56,921 nucleotides of DNA from Candidatus Uhrbacteria bacterium RIFCSPHIGHO2_02_FULL_46_47 (GTDB lineage: Bacteria > Patescibacteriota > Patescibacteriia > GWA2-47-26), in assembly GCA_001790815.1 (NCBI GenBank), contig MGDU01000023.1, positions 1 through 56,921 of the forward strand. The letters run 5' to 3'. Under the pieces are notes generated by a model. That model was not told the DNA's origin and searched no databases. It saw only the letters and a program-made list of their open reading frames with translations. Position numbers and translations under genes: made by a program. Shown here piece after piece: positions 34,679 through 44,194 of this stretch. The stretch's first letter is position 1. Every line of letters begins with the position of its first letter.

Positions 34679-37300
34679 TTACAATTTCTCCGCTTTTTCT
34701 ACGCGCAACTGGCCTCCTTTTTCCAGCACTACAACATCGCGGCGGCTAAGTTTGGCAGTTAAAAGCAGGTTTGCCAGAGCGTCCTGCACCCGCTCTTGAA
34801 TAACGCGCCTCAGCGGCCGAGCGCCAAATTGCGGATCAAATCCCGCATGCGCAAGCTCGGCAATTGCCTCATCAGTTGCGCGAAAAGTAATTCCTTTGGC
34901 CTCCAGCTGTTTGGCGATTTTCGCGATAATCAAGCGCGCAATCTGTACAATTTCTTCTTCAGTAAGCGGCTTATATACAATCACCGCGTCAAAACGATTC
35001 AAAAATTCCGGCCTGAAATACTGTTTAAGTTCGCGTTCCAAAAGTCCTTTTTTAATTTCTTCAATCGCAGTACCCTTCTTGAGCTCTTCTTGAACATATG
35101 GTGATCCTGCGTTGGAAGTTGCGATAATAATCGCATTGGTAAAATCAATAACTCGTCCGGCGCTGTCGGTTGCGCGTCCGTCATCTAGAACTTGCAAAAA
35201 GATATTTAAAATATCCGGGTGCGCTTTTTCAAGCTCATCCAAAAGCACAAGTGAAAACGGATTTTTGCGCACCGGTTCTGTAAGCAAGCCGCCGCTTTCC
35301 CCCGGCGCTCCAATTATGCGATATACCGCGCTCTTCTCTTGGTATTCAGACATATCCAAGCGAATCATGTTTTCTTCATTGCCAAAATATACTTCCGCCA
35401 CGGTTTTTGCAGTTTCTGTTTTTCCAACACCAGTAGGGCCAAGGAACAAAAAGTTTGCGATTGGTCTTTTTTCTGTACGAAGTTCTGCGCGCGCGCGGCG
35501 AAGCGCGGCGGCAACCGCCTTCACTGCCTCGTCTTGCCCAATTATCCGCTCATGCATAATACTCTCAAGGTGCAACAATTTATCTGCCTCTTTTGCGGTA
35601 ACCGAAGTAACCGGCACATGCGATTTTTGTGAAATAATTTCCGCCACATCTTCTCCGCGCACCAGAGCTTTTTCACCGCGGTGACTGCGCGTATATTGTG
35701 CAGCTTCTTTGATAATATCAATAGCTTTTTCAGGAAGATAATGATCTTTTATATAGCGATCAGTTAGAATGACTGCTTTTTCAAGCGCGCTATAAGAGAA
35801 AAAAGTTTTGGTTTGATATTCAATCGCGCCGACCTTGGATTCCAGAATCTGAATTGTTGTGGAATGATCCGTCTCAGCAATTTCAACAATAACAAACGCA
35901 TTGCCAAGCGCGGTTCCTTCAATGCGGCTGCGATATTCCTCTGGCGTGGTTGTGGCAATCGCCAGAAAATATCCTTTGCTCAACTCGCCTGCCAGTACTT
36001 CAGCCAAATCAAGTCCGCCCGCACCACGTCCTGCGCTTGCTTCATGCACATTGGGAATAGCCAGTACAACATTTCCCGATCGTCCCACATCGTTTAAACA
36101 TGTAAGTAATCGCTGCTCTGCTTCACTTGTTGTTGCGCCGGCAATAAGCTTAGGAAGCGAAAGTGATACAAATCGGCGATCTTGAATAATTTTAGGCACT
36201 TCTTCTTCAACCATCTGCTCTGCTATCCCATTGAGAATTGTCTCTTTTCCAACACCATGCGGACCTACAAGCAATACACTTTTTCGTTCGCCTTGCAGCA
36301 CGCGGAAAATTGCCTCAAATTCCTTTTCGCGATTAACAACAAGTTCAAGATATCCGCGGCCGGCCAAAAGCGTTAAATCGTCCGAGAAACGATCCAGCCG
36401 GCGAGTCTCAAGCGCGGTCATAGCGCGATTCATAGCGCCCGTAGGCTTGCGCGAGGCCGCACCGCGAAACTTACGCCACCGCGCGCGTAATTTATCATTA
36501 ATTTCAAGCCAGCGTACCGCGTTGCGTAATTTTTCCTGATCAACCCCAAGATCAAATAAAATCTCCGTAAGTTTTTCATTTTGCAAAATTGTTTCCAAAA
36601 AAATATGGTGTGTGCCGAGCGTTTGCGCCCGCGCCGTCTGCGCATCGCGATACGCGGCAATCACTGCTTGTTTGGCAGGGTCGCCAAAGATTGGTTGCCC
36701 CTCACCCTCCCCTCTCCCTAAGGGAGAGGATGGCCGTAGGTCAGGTGAGGGCGTCTGTAACACATGCTTTAATCTTTCCTGCAACCCCTTTCCATCAACT
36801 TCAAGGCGCACGAGCAAGGACGCTACCGCGGGAGAACCTAGAAGCGCGGCCAACATATGCGCATTTCGTACTTCAGCATGTTTTAATCTGCTGGTAAATA
36901 AATACGCGTCTTTAATCCTGCGCTCACTATCTTGCGACAACGCGCGCGAAACATCAATACGTTTCCCCTCACCCCTCCCTCTCCCTAAGGGAGAGGATGT
37001 CCGCAGGGCAGGTGAGGGTCGCACATCTTCTTTCCCTTCATCACTCCGCAATACTCGCGCCACTAAATACAAATCCGCAAGCAGTGTAATTCCAAAAATA
37101 AATTTCGCTTTGCTTGGCAATAACCAATAGCTAATAGCCAATAGCCGTTCCACATTTGGCCATGTTTCAAATACAAGCGCTAAAATTCCCAACACGCCAA
37201 ACGCGGCCACCAGTATCGCCACTGCCGCACGCGCAACACGAGCTACACGCTGCGCAAAAAGTGTTGCCCGATCGATTTTTGCGCCAAAATAAAGTTCCAT
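34679..37300 (-). CDS. Membrane-anchored ClpA/B/C-family AAA+ ATPase with two family A inserts
   Basis: N-terminal TM pair, Clp-N repeats, degenerate D1, intact D2 (FLGPTGVGKTE, LLDELEKAH, FRPEFLNRFD, GARPLRR). Start 37300. Confidence 0.9.
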   Translation of the reverse strand: MELYFGAKIDRATLFAQRVARVARAAVAILVAAFGVLGILALVFETWPNVERLLAISYWLLPSKAKFIFGITLLADLYLVARVLRSDEGKEDVRPSPALRTSSPLGRGRGEGKRIDVSRALSQDSERRIKDAYLFTSRLKHAEVRNAHMLAALLGSPAVASLLVRLEVDGKGLQERLKHVLQTPSPDLRPSSPLGRGEGEGQPIFGDPAKQAVIAAYRDAQTARAQTLGTHHIFLETILQNEKLTEILFDLGVDQEKLRNAVRWLEINDKLRARWRKFRGAASRKPTGAMNRAMTALETRRLDRFSDDLTLLAGRGYLELVVNREKEFEAIFRVLQGERKSVLLVGPHGVGKETILNGIAEQMVEEEVPKIIQDRRFVSLSLPKLIAGATTSEAEQRLLTCLNDVGRSGNVVLAIPNVHEASAGRGAGGLDLAEVLAGELSKGYFLAIATTTPEEYRSRIEGTALGNAFVIVEIAETDHSTTIQILESKVGAIEYQTKTFFSYSALEKAVILTDRYIKDHYLPEKAIDIIKEAAQYTRSHRGEKALVRGEDVAEIISQKSHVPVTSVTAKEADKLLHLESIMHERIIGQDEAVKAVAAALRRARAELRTEKRPIANFLFLGPTGVGKTETAKTVAEVYFGNEENMIRLDMSEYQEKSAVYRIIGAPGESGGLLTEPVRKNPFSLVLLDELEKAHPDILNIFLQVLDDGRATDSAGRVIDFTNAIIIATSNAGSPYVQEELKKGTAIEEIKKGLLERELKQYFRPEFLNRFDAVIVYKPLTEEEIVQIARLIIAKIAKQLEAKGITFRATDEAIAELAHAGFDPQFGARPLRRVIQERVQDALANLLLTAKLSRRDVVVLEKGGQLRVEKAEKL
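36698..36751. repeat. Family A element in frame in the Clp ATPase
   Basis: Encodes PSPDLRPSSPLGRGEGEG. Confidence 0.9.
36965..37018. repeat. Family A element in frame in the Clp ATPase
   Basis: Encodes PSPALRTSSPLGRGRGEG. Confidence 0.9.
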
Positions 37301-37313
37301 ATTATCTACGCCA

Positions 37314-37393
37314 CCCCGCTTAAGATAAGAGGGGTTGGGGGAGTTATGAACCGCGCATAACCCCTCCAACCTCCCCTTACCTTAAGGGGAGGG
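37314..37393. repeat. Family B element containing the stop of the upstream gene
   Basis: CCCCGCTTAAGATAAGAGGGG...CCTCCCCTTACCTTAAGGGGAGGG; TAA at 37384-37382. Confidence 0.88.
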
Positions 37394-37747
37394 AATTTGT
37401 AACCAAATTAAATACACAATCCCAACCGGAATTAAAACCCAGATCATCAACCAAATAAGAAGCAACCCTGCCCAAATAATTAACACAATTGATCTGCCAA
37501 TAATCTGCGCGAGCCGCATGAAAAAACTAATAATACGGCCGGCGATATCATACTGGCCGTACATGGGCTTACTGATGTTTTTAATCCAAACGCTAATTCC
37601 AAGCGCATCTTGGCGTGCCGCAAGACTTCCGGAAACAGCGCGCATTTGTTTTAAAAGCCCGCGCGTGTACCACCAAACCGGGGTATAGAAAAAATCCGCA
37701 ACTACATCAAGAAGCACCGTGCGAAGGGTTTGGAGAAATGTCCCCAT
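37382..37747 (-). CDS. Conserved small membrane protein upstream of the Clp ATPase
   Basis: WWYTRG...WIKNISKPMYGQYDIAGRIISFFMR plus hydrophobic C-terminus. Confidence 0.8.
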   Translation of the reverse strand: MGTFLQTLRTVLLDVVADFFYTPVWWYTRGLLKQMRAVSGSLAARQDALGISVWIKNISKPMYGQYDIAGRIISFFMRLAQIIGRSIVLIIWAGLLLIWLMIWVLIPVGIVYLIWLQIPSP

Positions 37748-37768
37748 AGGTGTCCTATTGTACCATAG

Positions 37769-39130
37769 CTAGAGTGTGCCTTCCACTACTGCGTTTTGTA
37801 GTCCCACCATAAAATCAAGATAAAATTTCACATTGTGAATGGTAGCAAGACGAAGCGCAAGCGGTTCATTGATTTTGAAAAGATGCCGAAGATACGCGCG
37901 ACTGTGGTGCGTGCAAGTAAAACATTCACAATACGGATCAATAGGCTTAAAATCCGCGCGATATTTTTCATTGGTGATGCGCATGGTGTCGTAAAAATTG
38001 CCTCGTAACCCCCTCTCACTCCCCCTTACCCTAAGGGGGAGAAGCGGCCGGTCTCCCTCCCTTAAGGTAAGGGAGGGCTGGGGAGGGTTATGACGCCACA
38101 CATATAAATTTCCATGCCTTGCATTTCTTGTGGGCAGTACACAGTCAAACATATCAATGCCACGCCGCACGGCCTCCACAAGTTCCTCCGGTTGGCCAAG
38201 ACCCATAAGATAGCGCGGTTTATCTTCCGGTAACATCGGCGCGACCCAATCTACCACTTGGTATTTTTCTTTTTGCGGCTCACCTACTGCCACTCCGCCA
38301 ATTGCATAGCCATCAAAATCCAGCGCCACCAAATCCCGCGCTGATTGCTCACGCAAATCCTTATACACTGATCCCTGCACAATGCCAAAAACCAATGTTT
38401 TAATGCTTTCATGTTTTAATACTTTCATGCTCCTCTCCGCCCAAGAGGTTGTTCTCTCCATTGCCTCCCGCGCGCCTTCTTTTGAAATCGGGTACGGCGC
38501 GCAAACATCCAGCACCATGGCAATATCTGATCCAATCACTTTTTGAATCTCCAGCACGCGCTCAGGTGTGAACATATCTTTTCTGCCACTTATCCGATCA
38601 ATAAACTCCGCACCGTCTTTAGTTATGCGGACATCATAATCCTGACCCTCACCCTCCCCTCTCCCTCGGGGAGAGGGAAATTGATTAGACCCCCCTCTAC
38701 CCGCGGGAGAGGGTGTCCGAAGGACGGGTGAGGGGTTACGATTCTTATTTGCTAGGCTAAACACCTGATACCCACCAGAATCAGTCAAAATCGGCCCATT
38801 CCATCCCATAAACTTGTGCAATCCGCCGGCTTTTTTAATTACCTCCATTCCCGGCCGCACATAAAGATGGTAGGTGTTGGAAAGCAAAATCGGCCCGCCT
38901 CTCCCACCACCGCTCATGCCTCCACTCCGTTTCGGTTCTGTGGCACCAGCATCTCGGCGGGCAAGCGCACCAATCTCCCTCATATCTTCCGCCGCCAATG
39001 TCTTGACTGCCCCGCGCGTGGCAATGGTCATAAAAAACGGCGTGCGTACTTTCCCATGCGCAGTCCTCAACTCTCCCACCCGTGCTCGGGATTTTTTTGA
39101 CTGGTGTAATACGCGAAATGGATTCATCAT
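37769..39130 (-). CDS. tgt: tRNA-guanine transglycosylase with three inserts
   Basis: SNTYHL, LTDSGGYQVFSL, GIVQG, YLMG, DMFDCVLPTRNARHG, C.C..C...HN zinc site. Confidence 0.97.
   Translation of the reverse strand: MMNPFRVLHQSKKSRARVGELRTAHGKVRTPFFMTIATRGAVKTLAAEDMREIGALARRDAGATEPKRSGGMSGGGRGGPILLSNTYHLYVRPGMEVIKKAGGLHKFMGWNGPILTDSGGYQVFSLANKNRNPSPVLRTPSPAGRGGSNQFPSPRGRGEGEGQDYDVRITKDGAEFIDRISGRKDMFTPERVLEIQKVIGSDIAMVLDVCAPYPISKEGAREAMERTTSWAERSMKVLKHESIKTLVFGIVQGSVYKDLREQSARDLVALDFDGYAIGGVAVGEPQKEKYQVVDWVAPMLPEDKPRYLMGLGQPEELVEAVRRGIDMFDCVLPTRNARHGNLYVWRHNPPQPSLTLREGDRPLLPLRVRGSERGLRGNFYDTMRITNEKYRADFKPIDPYCECFTCTHHSRAYLRHLFKINEPLALRLATIHNVKFYLDFMVGLQNAVVEGTL
38006..38092. repeat. Family B element in frame in tgt
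   Basis: Encodes [29 protein letters not shown]. Confidence 0.9.
38646..38735. repeat. Family A doublet in frame in tgt
   Basis: Encodes PSPVLRTPSPAGRGGSNQFPSPRGRGEGEG. Confidence 0.9.
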
Positions 39131-39302
39131 AATAGATCAGTAATTATACCACAAAACAAACAAACCCTTCTGGGCTTTCCTTTTCCTTGCCGCAACCTAC
39201 AAATCTTTAATGCGGCCGCATTGCAAATATGTAGGTTTTTTAAAATAATTTTTAATCAGATGCTGACAAATCGGATCTATTGTACTACATAGGATCCTTT
39301 GT

Positions 39303-39330
39303 AAAAAACCCTGCCGAAAAGCAGGGTTTT
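39303..39330. terminator. Bidirectional-type terminator hairpin
   Basis: AAAACCCTGC-CGAAAA-GCAGGGTTTT. Confidence 0.75.
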
Positions 39331-39354
39331 ACTATCTAAACTTCGAATGAGTTA

Positions 39355-39615
39355 CTAGTCCGCTTGCATAAGCAGTGCAAGTTCTTCAGCCAATGCCTTA
39401 TCCCACGCTGCAACTTTTTCTTCGCGCATTGCTTTAAACTTTTTTGCCATTATCGCACATAATTTTTCAGCGCGATTTGGTTTTTCCTCAAGAAATCCTA
39501 TAAGCGCCGTGGCATCTTTTGGCGGAAAATAACTTATGAGCGCGGTAAGCGCCTGCTTATGCTCATCAGTCACAGGCAATAGCCCAATACGTTTTTTTAT
39601 TTCATTGTTTGCCAT
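39355..39615 (-). CDS. Hypothetical helical protein
   Basis: 86-aa ORF starting 4 nt after the upstream stop, followed by a terminator. Confidence 0.7.
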   Translation of the reverse strand: MANNEIKKRIGLLPVTDEHKQALTALISYFPPKDATALIGFLEEKPNRAEKLCAIMAKKFKAMREEKVAAWDKALAEELALLMQAD

Positions 39616-39619
39616 AATT

Positions 39620-40312
39620 TTACTTGGTGATCCTTATTTGCTCATCAACCTGACTGCGAAAATTTACTATATCATCTGGTGTCCATCTAGGCGTTTCTCC
39701 TCGCCGCACACTCATTTCCGCCCACTTCAATCCTATATCATTAAGCGTATCCGCCGCAAATATTTCTATACTCTCAAGACCACCTTTACCCTCACGGCGC
39801 ATATTGTCAGCTTTAAACCCCAGAGAAGTCCCTTTCACAGACCCTTCATCAGCCAGCGATTCATCAATGGCTTCATCTCTAGTAATTTCACCTCGCGCAA
39901 AGCGATCGGCGACTGAACCGGTTTGTGGCGAACCATAATATTTAAGCCGATGTTCTATACGAGCTTGATGGATTTGTTTCGCCTGCCATACTGCTCCGGT
40001 TTCTGCGGCAAGTCCAAACGCGTATGCTAAAAGCAAACCTTTGCCGATTTTTCTGCCGGTTGGACCAAGCATGCGCAAGCCCTTGATATTGCGCGCCAGC
40101 ATGGAACCAAGATTTTTTATCCGCTCCGTGGGCGAGGATTCGCGTTCGCGCTTCCCTTCTACTTTTTTATCCGTGCCACCCTTTGCGATTCCTTGCAGTC
40201 GCTCCTCCGATTTACGAATTTCCGCTTCCGTAGGTAGTGAAATAGGAATTTGCTCACCAGGGCGAAGCGGCTTTTGTTCAGTTACTGATGCTTTAGATAG
40301 TCTTTCTCTCAT
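39620..40312 (-). CDS. Hypothetical protein with one predicted TM segment
   Basis: 230-aa ORF; upstream TTGCAG-N17-TATGAT. Confidence 0.7.
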   Translation of the reverse strand: MRERLSKASVTEQKPLRPGEQIPISLPTEAEIRKSEERLQGIAKGGTDKKVEGKRERESSPTERIKNLGSMLARNIKGLRMLGPTGRKIGKGLLLAYAFGLAAETGAVWQAKQIHQARIEHRLKYYGSPQTGSVADRFARGEITRDEAIDESLADEGSVKGTSLGFKADNMRREGKGGLESIEIFAADTLNDIGLKWAEMSVRRGETPRWTPDDIVNFRSQVDEQIRITK

Positions 40313-40416
40313 AAAATTTCTTATGCTTTATCAATTAAAATCATACTCTCTCTATCTATAAACTGCAAGCCACGCCCTGTGGACAACACAAAAAGCCTGC
40401 TAGGACTTATCATATC

Positions 40417-40467
40417 TTATTCTCTCATTCACGCGCCTGCCTGCCTTTGGCAGGAATGAGAGAATAA
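40417..40467. repeat. Hairpin with nested CCTGCC/GGCAGG core
   Basis: TTATTCTCTCATTC...GAATGAGAGAATAA 14-bp arms. Confidence 0.65.
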
Positions 40468-40491
40468 CTCTTTGTGATGTGAGTGAGATAA

Positions 40492-40845
40492 TTATCGTGC
40501 CGCCACTACTCCGGTGGTGGCCGAGACATATTGCACATTGGTGGCGGCGACCATGCCAGACTGTTTAACCCACTCTTCAATGCGCGCGGGCGATTGCGCC
40601 TCTGCTACTTTCAAATTGAGTTTTTTATTTTCCAATTTCAAATCTTCAATACGGCGCTCTAAATCGCGAATTTTATAGCCGCGAGTAGAAATAGTAATAA
40701 CGCTAACAAGGTAAGAAAAACCCACTACCATAAGCGCGACAAGTAAAATTCCACGCCAACTTTTTTGCTTGCTCAAAAATCTGACGAATAAACTAATTCG
40801 CCGCATGGTGTGATGGACTCTTGTGAGATGAAAATGCCTAGGCAT
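40492..40845 (-). CDS. ftsL: FtsL-like cell division protein
   Basis: Follows mraZ-rsmH. Basic N-terminus, one TM, coiled coil, SPARIEEW. Confidence 0.7.
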   Translation of the reverse strand: MPRHFHLTRVHHTMRRISLFVRFLSKQKSWRGILLVALMVVGFSYLVSVITISTRGYKIRDLERRIEDLKLENKKLNLKVAEAQSPARIEEWVKQSGMVAATNVQYVSATTGVVAAR

Positions 40846-40846
40846 A

Positions 40847-40945
40847 GCTGTGATGCAAATCTACAAATCTTATGCTAATCTACGAATTGTGAATAAATTC
40901 ATTTGTATTTGTAGATTGGCATGAAATTCGTATATTGGCATCATA
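40847..40945. repeat. ~97-bp hairpin repeat, copy 3 (family H)
   Basis: Spans from the rsmH stop codon to just before the ftsL ATG. Confidence 0.92.
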
Positions 40946-41846
40946 CTTTTGCGACTACGCGAAGTTTTGCACTTCTTGCTTTTGGATTATTTTTGATTTC
41001 CTCATCGCTGGCTACAACTGGCTTCTTGGTAAGTATTTTTATTTTTGCATCTGGCCAGCTACGGAAAAACTGCTTTACAATCCTATCTTCAAGCGAATGA
41101 AATGCGATTACAGCCAATCGCCCGCCCGCTTGAAGTACTTCCACTGCTTGCGGTAGTACTTCTTGCAATGCGCCAAGTTCATCATTTACCTCTATTCTCA
41201 AAGCCTGAAATGTCTTAGTTGCAGGGTGAATCCCTCCCACCCAAGGCACTTCCTGCTTTGATTTTAATTTTTCACGATACGCCATGAGCACTGTTTCCAC
41301 TAATTGCTTAGTCATCACAATCGGTTTTTTTTTCCGTTCTGCCACGATTTTGCTTGCAATCTCACGCGCTAATTTTTCTTCTCCATATTCTTCAAGGAGC
41401 TCTGCAATCTGCCTTTGATCCCAGCCATTTACAATCTCTGCCGCACGAATGCCGCCTCTTGGATCAAACCGCATATCCAGCAGTTCATCCTTTTCAAAGC
41501 TGAATCCCCTACCTCGCTCAAGCGTTGAGGTAGAAAATCCCAGATCAAGCAAGATCCCATACACTGGTCCAAACTTTTTTTCTCTCACAATCGCCGCCAA
41601 GTTCCGAAAATTATCATTTTCCAATATCAACCGATTCCCTAATTCCTGATTCCTAATTCCTGATTCCACGATTGCTATTGCATCAGGGTCAGCATCAATA
41701 CCGAGAAGTTGTCCATTTGGAGCAATACGTTCTAGCACAGCAAAGGCATGTCCGCCATCACCTAACGTGCAATCAATGAAATTCTGATTTGGCTTTGGGT
41801 CAAAGAACTTCAGCACCTCTTCTATCATGACCGGCACGTGCGCCAT
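40941..41846 (-). CDS. rsmH: 16S rRNA m4C1402 methyltransferase RsmH
   Basis: HVPVM, DCTLGDGGHA, LLDLGFS, HPATKTFQALRIEVN, FHSLEDR, ARSAKLR. Heptamer insert ESGIRNQELG. Confidence 0.97.
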   Translation of the reverse strand: MAHVPVMIEEVLKFFDPKPNQNFIDCTLGDGGHAFAVLERIAPNGQLLGIDADPDAIAIVESGIRNQELGNRLILENDNFRNLAAIVREKKFGPVYGILLDLGFSTSTLERGRGFSFEKDELLDMRFDPRGGIRAAEIVNGWDQRQIAELLEEYGEEKLAREIASKIVAERKKKPIVMTKQLVETVLMAYREKLKSKQEVPWVGGIHPATKTFQALRIEVNDELGALQEVLPQAVEVLQAGGRLAVIAFHSLEDRIVKQFFRSWPDAKIKILTKKPVVASDEEIKNNPKARSAKLRVVAKV

Positions 41847-41847
41847 A

Positions 41848-42279
41848 CTAGATTCCAAATTCTTTTAGCTCTGATATTGTATTCCCCATATCTTCCACTT
41901 CATGCCCCTGATACTGCTCCCATTTTTCTTTATCCCAAAGCTCAAGCCGGTTACCGGTGCCAATAATCATGACTTCCTTTTTCAAACCGCCGTGCGCTTT
42001 GAGATATTCCGGAATAAGCACGCGCCCCAGCGCATCAAGCTCAACCTCCATGGCACTGCCAAAAAACAAACGCGCGATGCTTCGCGCGCTGGCTTGGCTC
42101 ATTGGCAACTTGTTTACTTTTTCTGCAAAGGCCAGCCATTCGGTCTGCGGATATACAAACACACACCCTTCCAAACCGCGTGTCAGCACTATGCTTTTTC
42201 CAAGTTCACCGCGAAGCCGCGCCGGCATAGGCAGGCGGCGCTTGGAATCCATGGTGTGTTCGTATTTACCGGCTAGCAT
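41848..42279 (-). CDS. mraZ: Division/cell-wall cluster regulator MraZ
   Basis: GKYEHTMDSKRRL, LTRGLEGCVFVYP, LDALGRVLIP, IGTGNRLELW. Confidence 0.96.
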   Translation of the reverse strand: MLAGKYEHTMDSKRRLPMPARLRGELGKSIVLTRGLEGCVFVYPQTEWLAFAEKVNKLPMSQASARSIARLFFGSAMEVELDALGRVLIPEYLKAHGGLKKEVMIIGTGNRLELWDKEKWEQYQGHEVEDMGNTISELKEFGI

Positions 42280-42309
42280 ATGCAAAAATAAGGCACTTTT
42301 GTTTTTGAT

Positions 42310-42344
42310 CACACTTATCCACACTTTTATCCACTTCTTCCCAC
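42310..42344 (-). promoter_or_regulatory. MraZ-box-like direct repeats
   Basis: Minus-strand GTGGG, GTGGA, GTGTG, GTGTG at an exact 10-bp period upstream of mraZ. Confidence 0.75.
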
Positions 42345-42484
42345 CTTTTGCTTTTTGTACCTATATTATAGCACAAATTTTCCCACTGTTCAAACCTGTC
42401 AAATCCCGCGCCTTAATTGGGCTTTTTAAACAAAAATACCAAAAATAGCACGGATTTCGTGCTACCTGTGGATAAATCTCATTT

Positions 42485-42615
42485 TCTCCCCTTAAGGTAA
42501 GGCCCGCTTCGCCCGCAAAGCGAGGCGAGGGAGGTGAAGGAGGGGTTATGCCTGCCCGCCTTGGGCGGGAATGTTCATAACTCACCCTACCCTCTCTTAC
42601 CTTAAGAGAGGGTTA
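42485..42615. repeat. Family B composite element containing the uvrC stop
   Basis: CTCCCCTTAAGGTAAGGCCCGCTTCGCCCGCAAAGCGAGGCGAGGGAGG...CCCTCTCTTACCTTAAGAGAGGG. Confidence 0.9.
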
Positions 42616-44156
42616 TTGTTTCTACTTCTCAATTTCCTATGATATGACACGGCAAATCTATGTGCCTCATCGCGCACGCGAAGAAGCAAATCCTTGTAGT
42701 TTTCTACGATTCGAGCAAGCTCCGGATTATTTTTTTCAAATATCGGACGGTCCTGTTTTCGTTTAAACCCCTTAGCAATGCCAATAATGGGAATATTAGG
42801 GAAGCTGAGCTTCCGTGAGCCACGGAAGCTCAGCTTCCGCATATCATCAATCACCTCCTGTGCCGCATTCACCTGTCCCCATCCCCCATCAATGACAAGC
42901 AAATCTGGAATTTTCCAGATTTGCGAATTATGAATCTGGAATAATGAATCATGATTTCTCAATTCCCTAATTCCTAATTCATGATTCCTAATTCGGCGAA
43001 ATCTTCTCTGTAGGATTTCGCGCATCATCGCCACATCATTGATTCCTGGTACGGTCTTGATTCTAAATTTACGATACTCGCTTTTCTTGGGCTCACCATC
43101 CTCAAATACTACCATTGACCCTACTGCTGATGTCCCACTGATGCCTGCCTTGCCGGCAGGCAGGTTAGAAATATCATATCCTTCAATACGCCCAAACACA
43201 TTTATTGCCTGAGCCGGTCGTTGGCCCTTCGACTTCGCTTCGCTTCGCTCAGGGATTAAAGTGTCACGAGTCAACACGGCAACGTCACGAATATGCTCCA
43301 GCGCAAACAATTTCCGTTTTAGGGCTTCGGCTTCTTCAAAATTTTCTAACTTTGCTTCATTTTGCATTTTTAATTTTACATTTTTAATTACTCTCGCCTT
43401 TTTACCTTCAAGCATCAAAATGACATTCCTTATATTTTTCATGTACTCCTTGCGTGTGACTGCGCCAATACAAACTCCGGGACATCTACCAATATGATAA
43501 TCAAAACAAGGACGAGGATGTAGTATGTAGGACGTAGTATGTAGTGGTTTGCAAGTTGACCACGGAAACCATTTGCGCATCAAATCCAATGCCGCGCGAA
43601 TTGCGGATGCGGAGGTGTACGGCCCAAAAATCCGCAAAAATATCTGCGGACGATTATGTGCGGCCGCATCAAATTGTCCGCGTTGGTTTTTTTGTAGTTT
43701 AAGCTCATTACCGCGAGTAAGCATCACCTTTGGCCAGTGTTCTTTGGTAATTAGCACATACAAAAATGATTTATCATCTTTCTCGCGCACATTATATCGT
43801 GGCTGATATTTTTTAATCAGGTTTGCCTCCAGTATCAATGCCTCAATCACGCTGTCTGTCACCTGATAATCAACCTGCCACACTTCATCAATCATCTCCT
43901 CAATCGTCCTACCCATTCTGCGATTCGCGCGAATCGCAGAATGACTTTTGTCAGTACCTTTCCAATAAGAAGTTACCCGCGACTTCAAATTCGTCGCTTT
44001 GCCGATATAAATCACCTTTCCCTTTTTATCCCTAAATAAATACACCCCGGATTTGGTGGGTAAACCCTCACCCTCCCCTCTCCCTAAGGGAGAGGGTGGC
44101 CGCAGGCCGGGTGAGGGGGTTCGCCGTTTAATTTTGATTATCTTTGGAATTGACAT
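42597..44156 (-). CDS. uvrC: Excinuclease UvrC (no C-terminal HhH) with at least six repeat inserts
   Basis: GVYLF...YIGKATNLKSRV GIY-YIG, Cys cluster, IEGYDISN, DLLVIDGG, RVRDEAHRFA. Confidence 0.95.
   Translation of the reverse strand: MSIPKIIKIKRRTPSPGLRPPSPLGRGEGEGLPTKSGVYLFRDKKGKVIYIGKATNLKSRVTSYWKGTDKSHSAIRANRRMGRTIEEMIDEVWQVDYQVTDSVIEALILEANLIKKYQPRYNVREKDDKSFLYVLITKEHWPKVMLTRGNELKLQKNQRGQFDAAAHNRPQIFLRIFGPYTSASAIRAALDLMRKWFPWSTCKPLHTTSYILHPRPCFDYHIGRCPGVCIGAVTRKEYMKNIRNVILMLEGKKARVIKNVKLKMQNEAKLENFEEAEALKRKLFALEHIRDVAVLTRDTLIPERSEAKSKGQRPAQAINVFGRIEGYDISNLPAGKAGISGTSAVGSMVVFEDGEPKKSEYRKFRIKTVPGINDVAMMREILQRRFRRIRNHELGIRELRNHDSLFQIHNSQIWKIPDLLVIDGGWGQVNAAQEVIDDMRKLSFRGSRKLSFPNIPIIGIAKGFKRKQDRPIFEKNNPELARIVENYKDLLLRVRDEAHRFAVSYHRKLRSRNNNPLLR
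44065..44119. repeat. Family A element in frame at the uvrC N-terminus
   Basis: Encodes PSPGLRPPSPLGRGEGEG. Confidence 0.9.
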
Positions 44157-44194
44157 AATTCAATTTGTTTTATACTATCTCAACAGGAGGAAAC

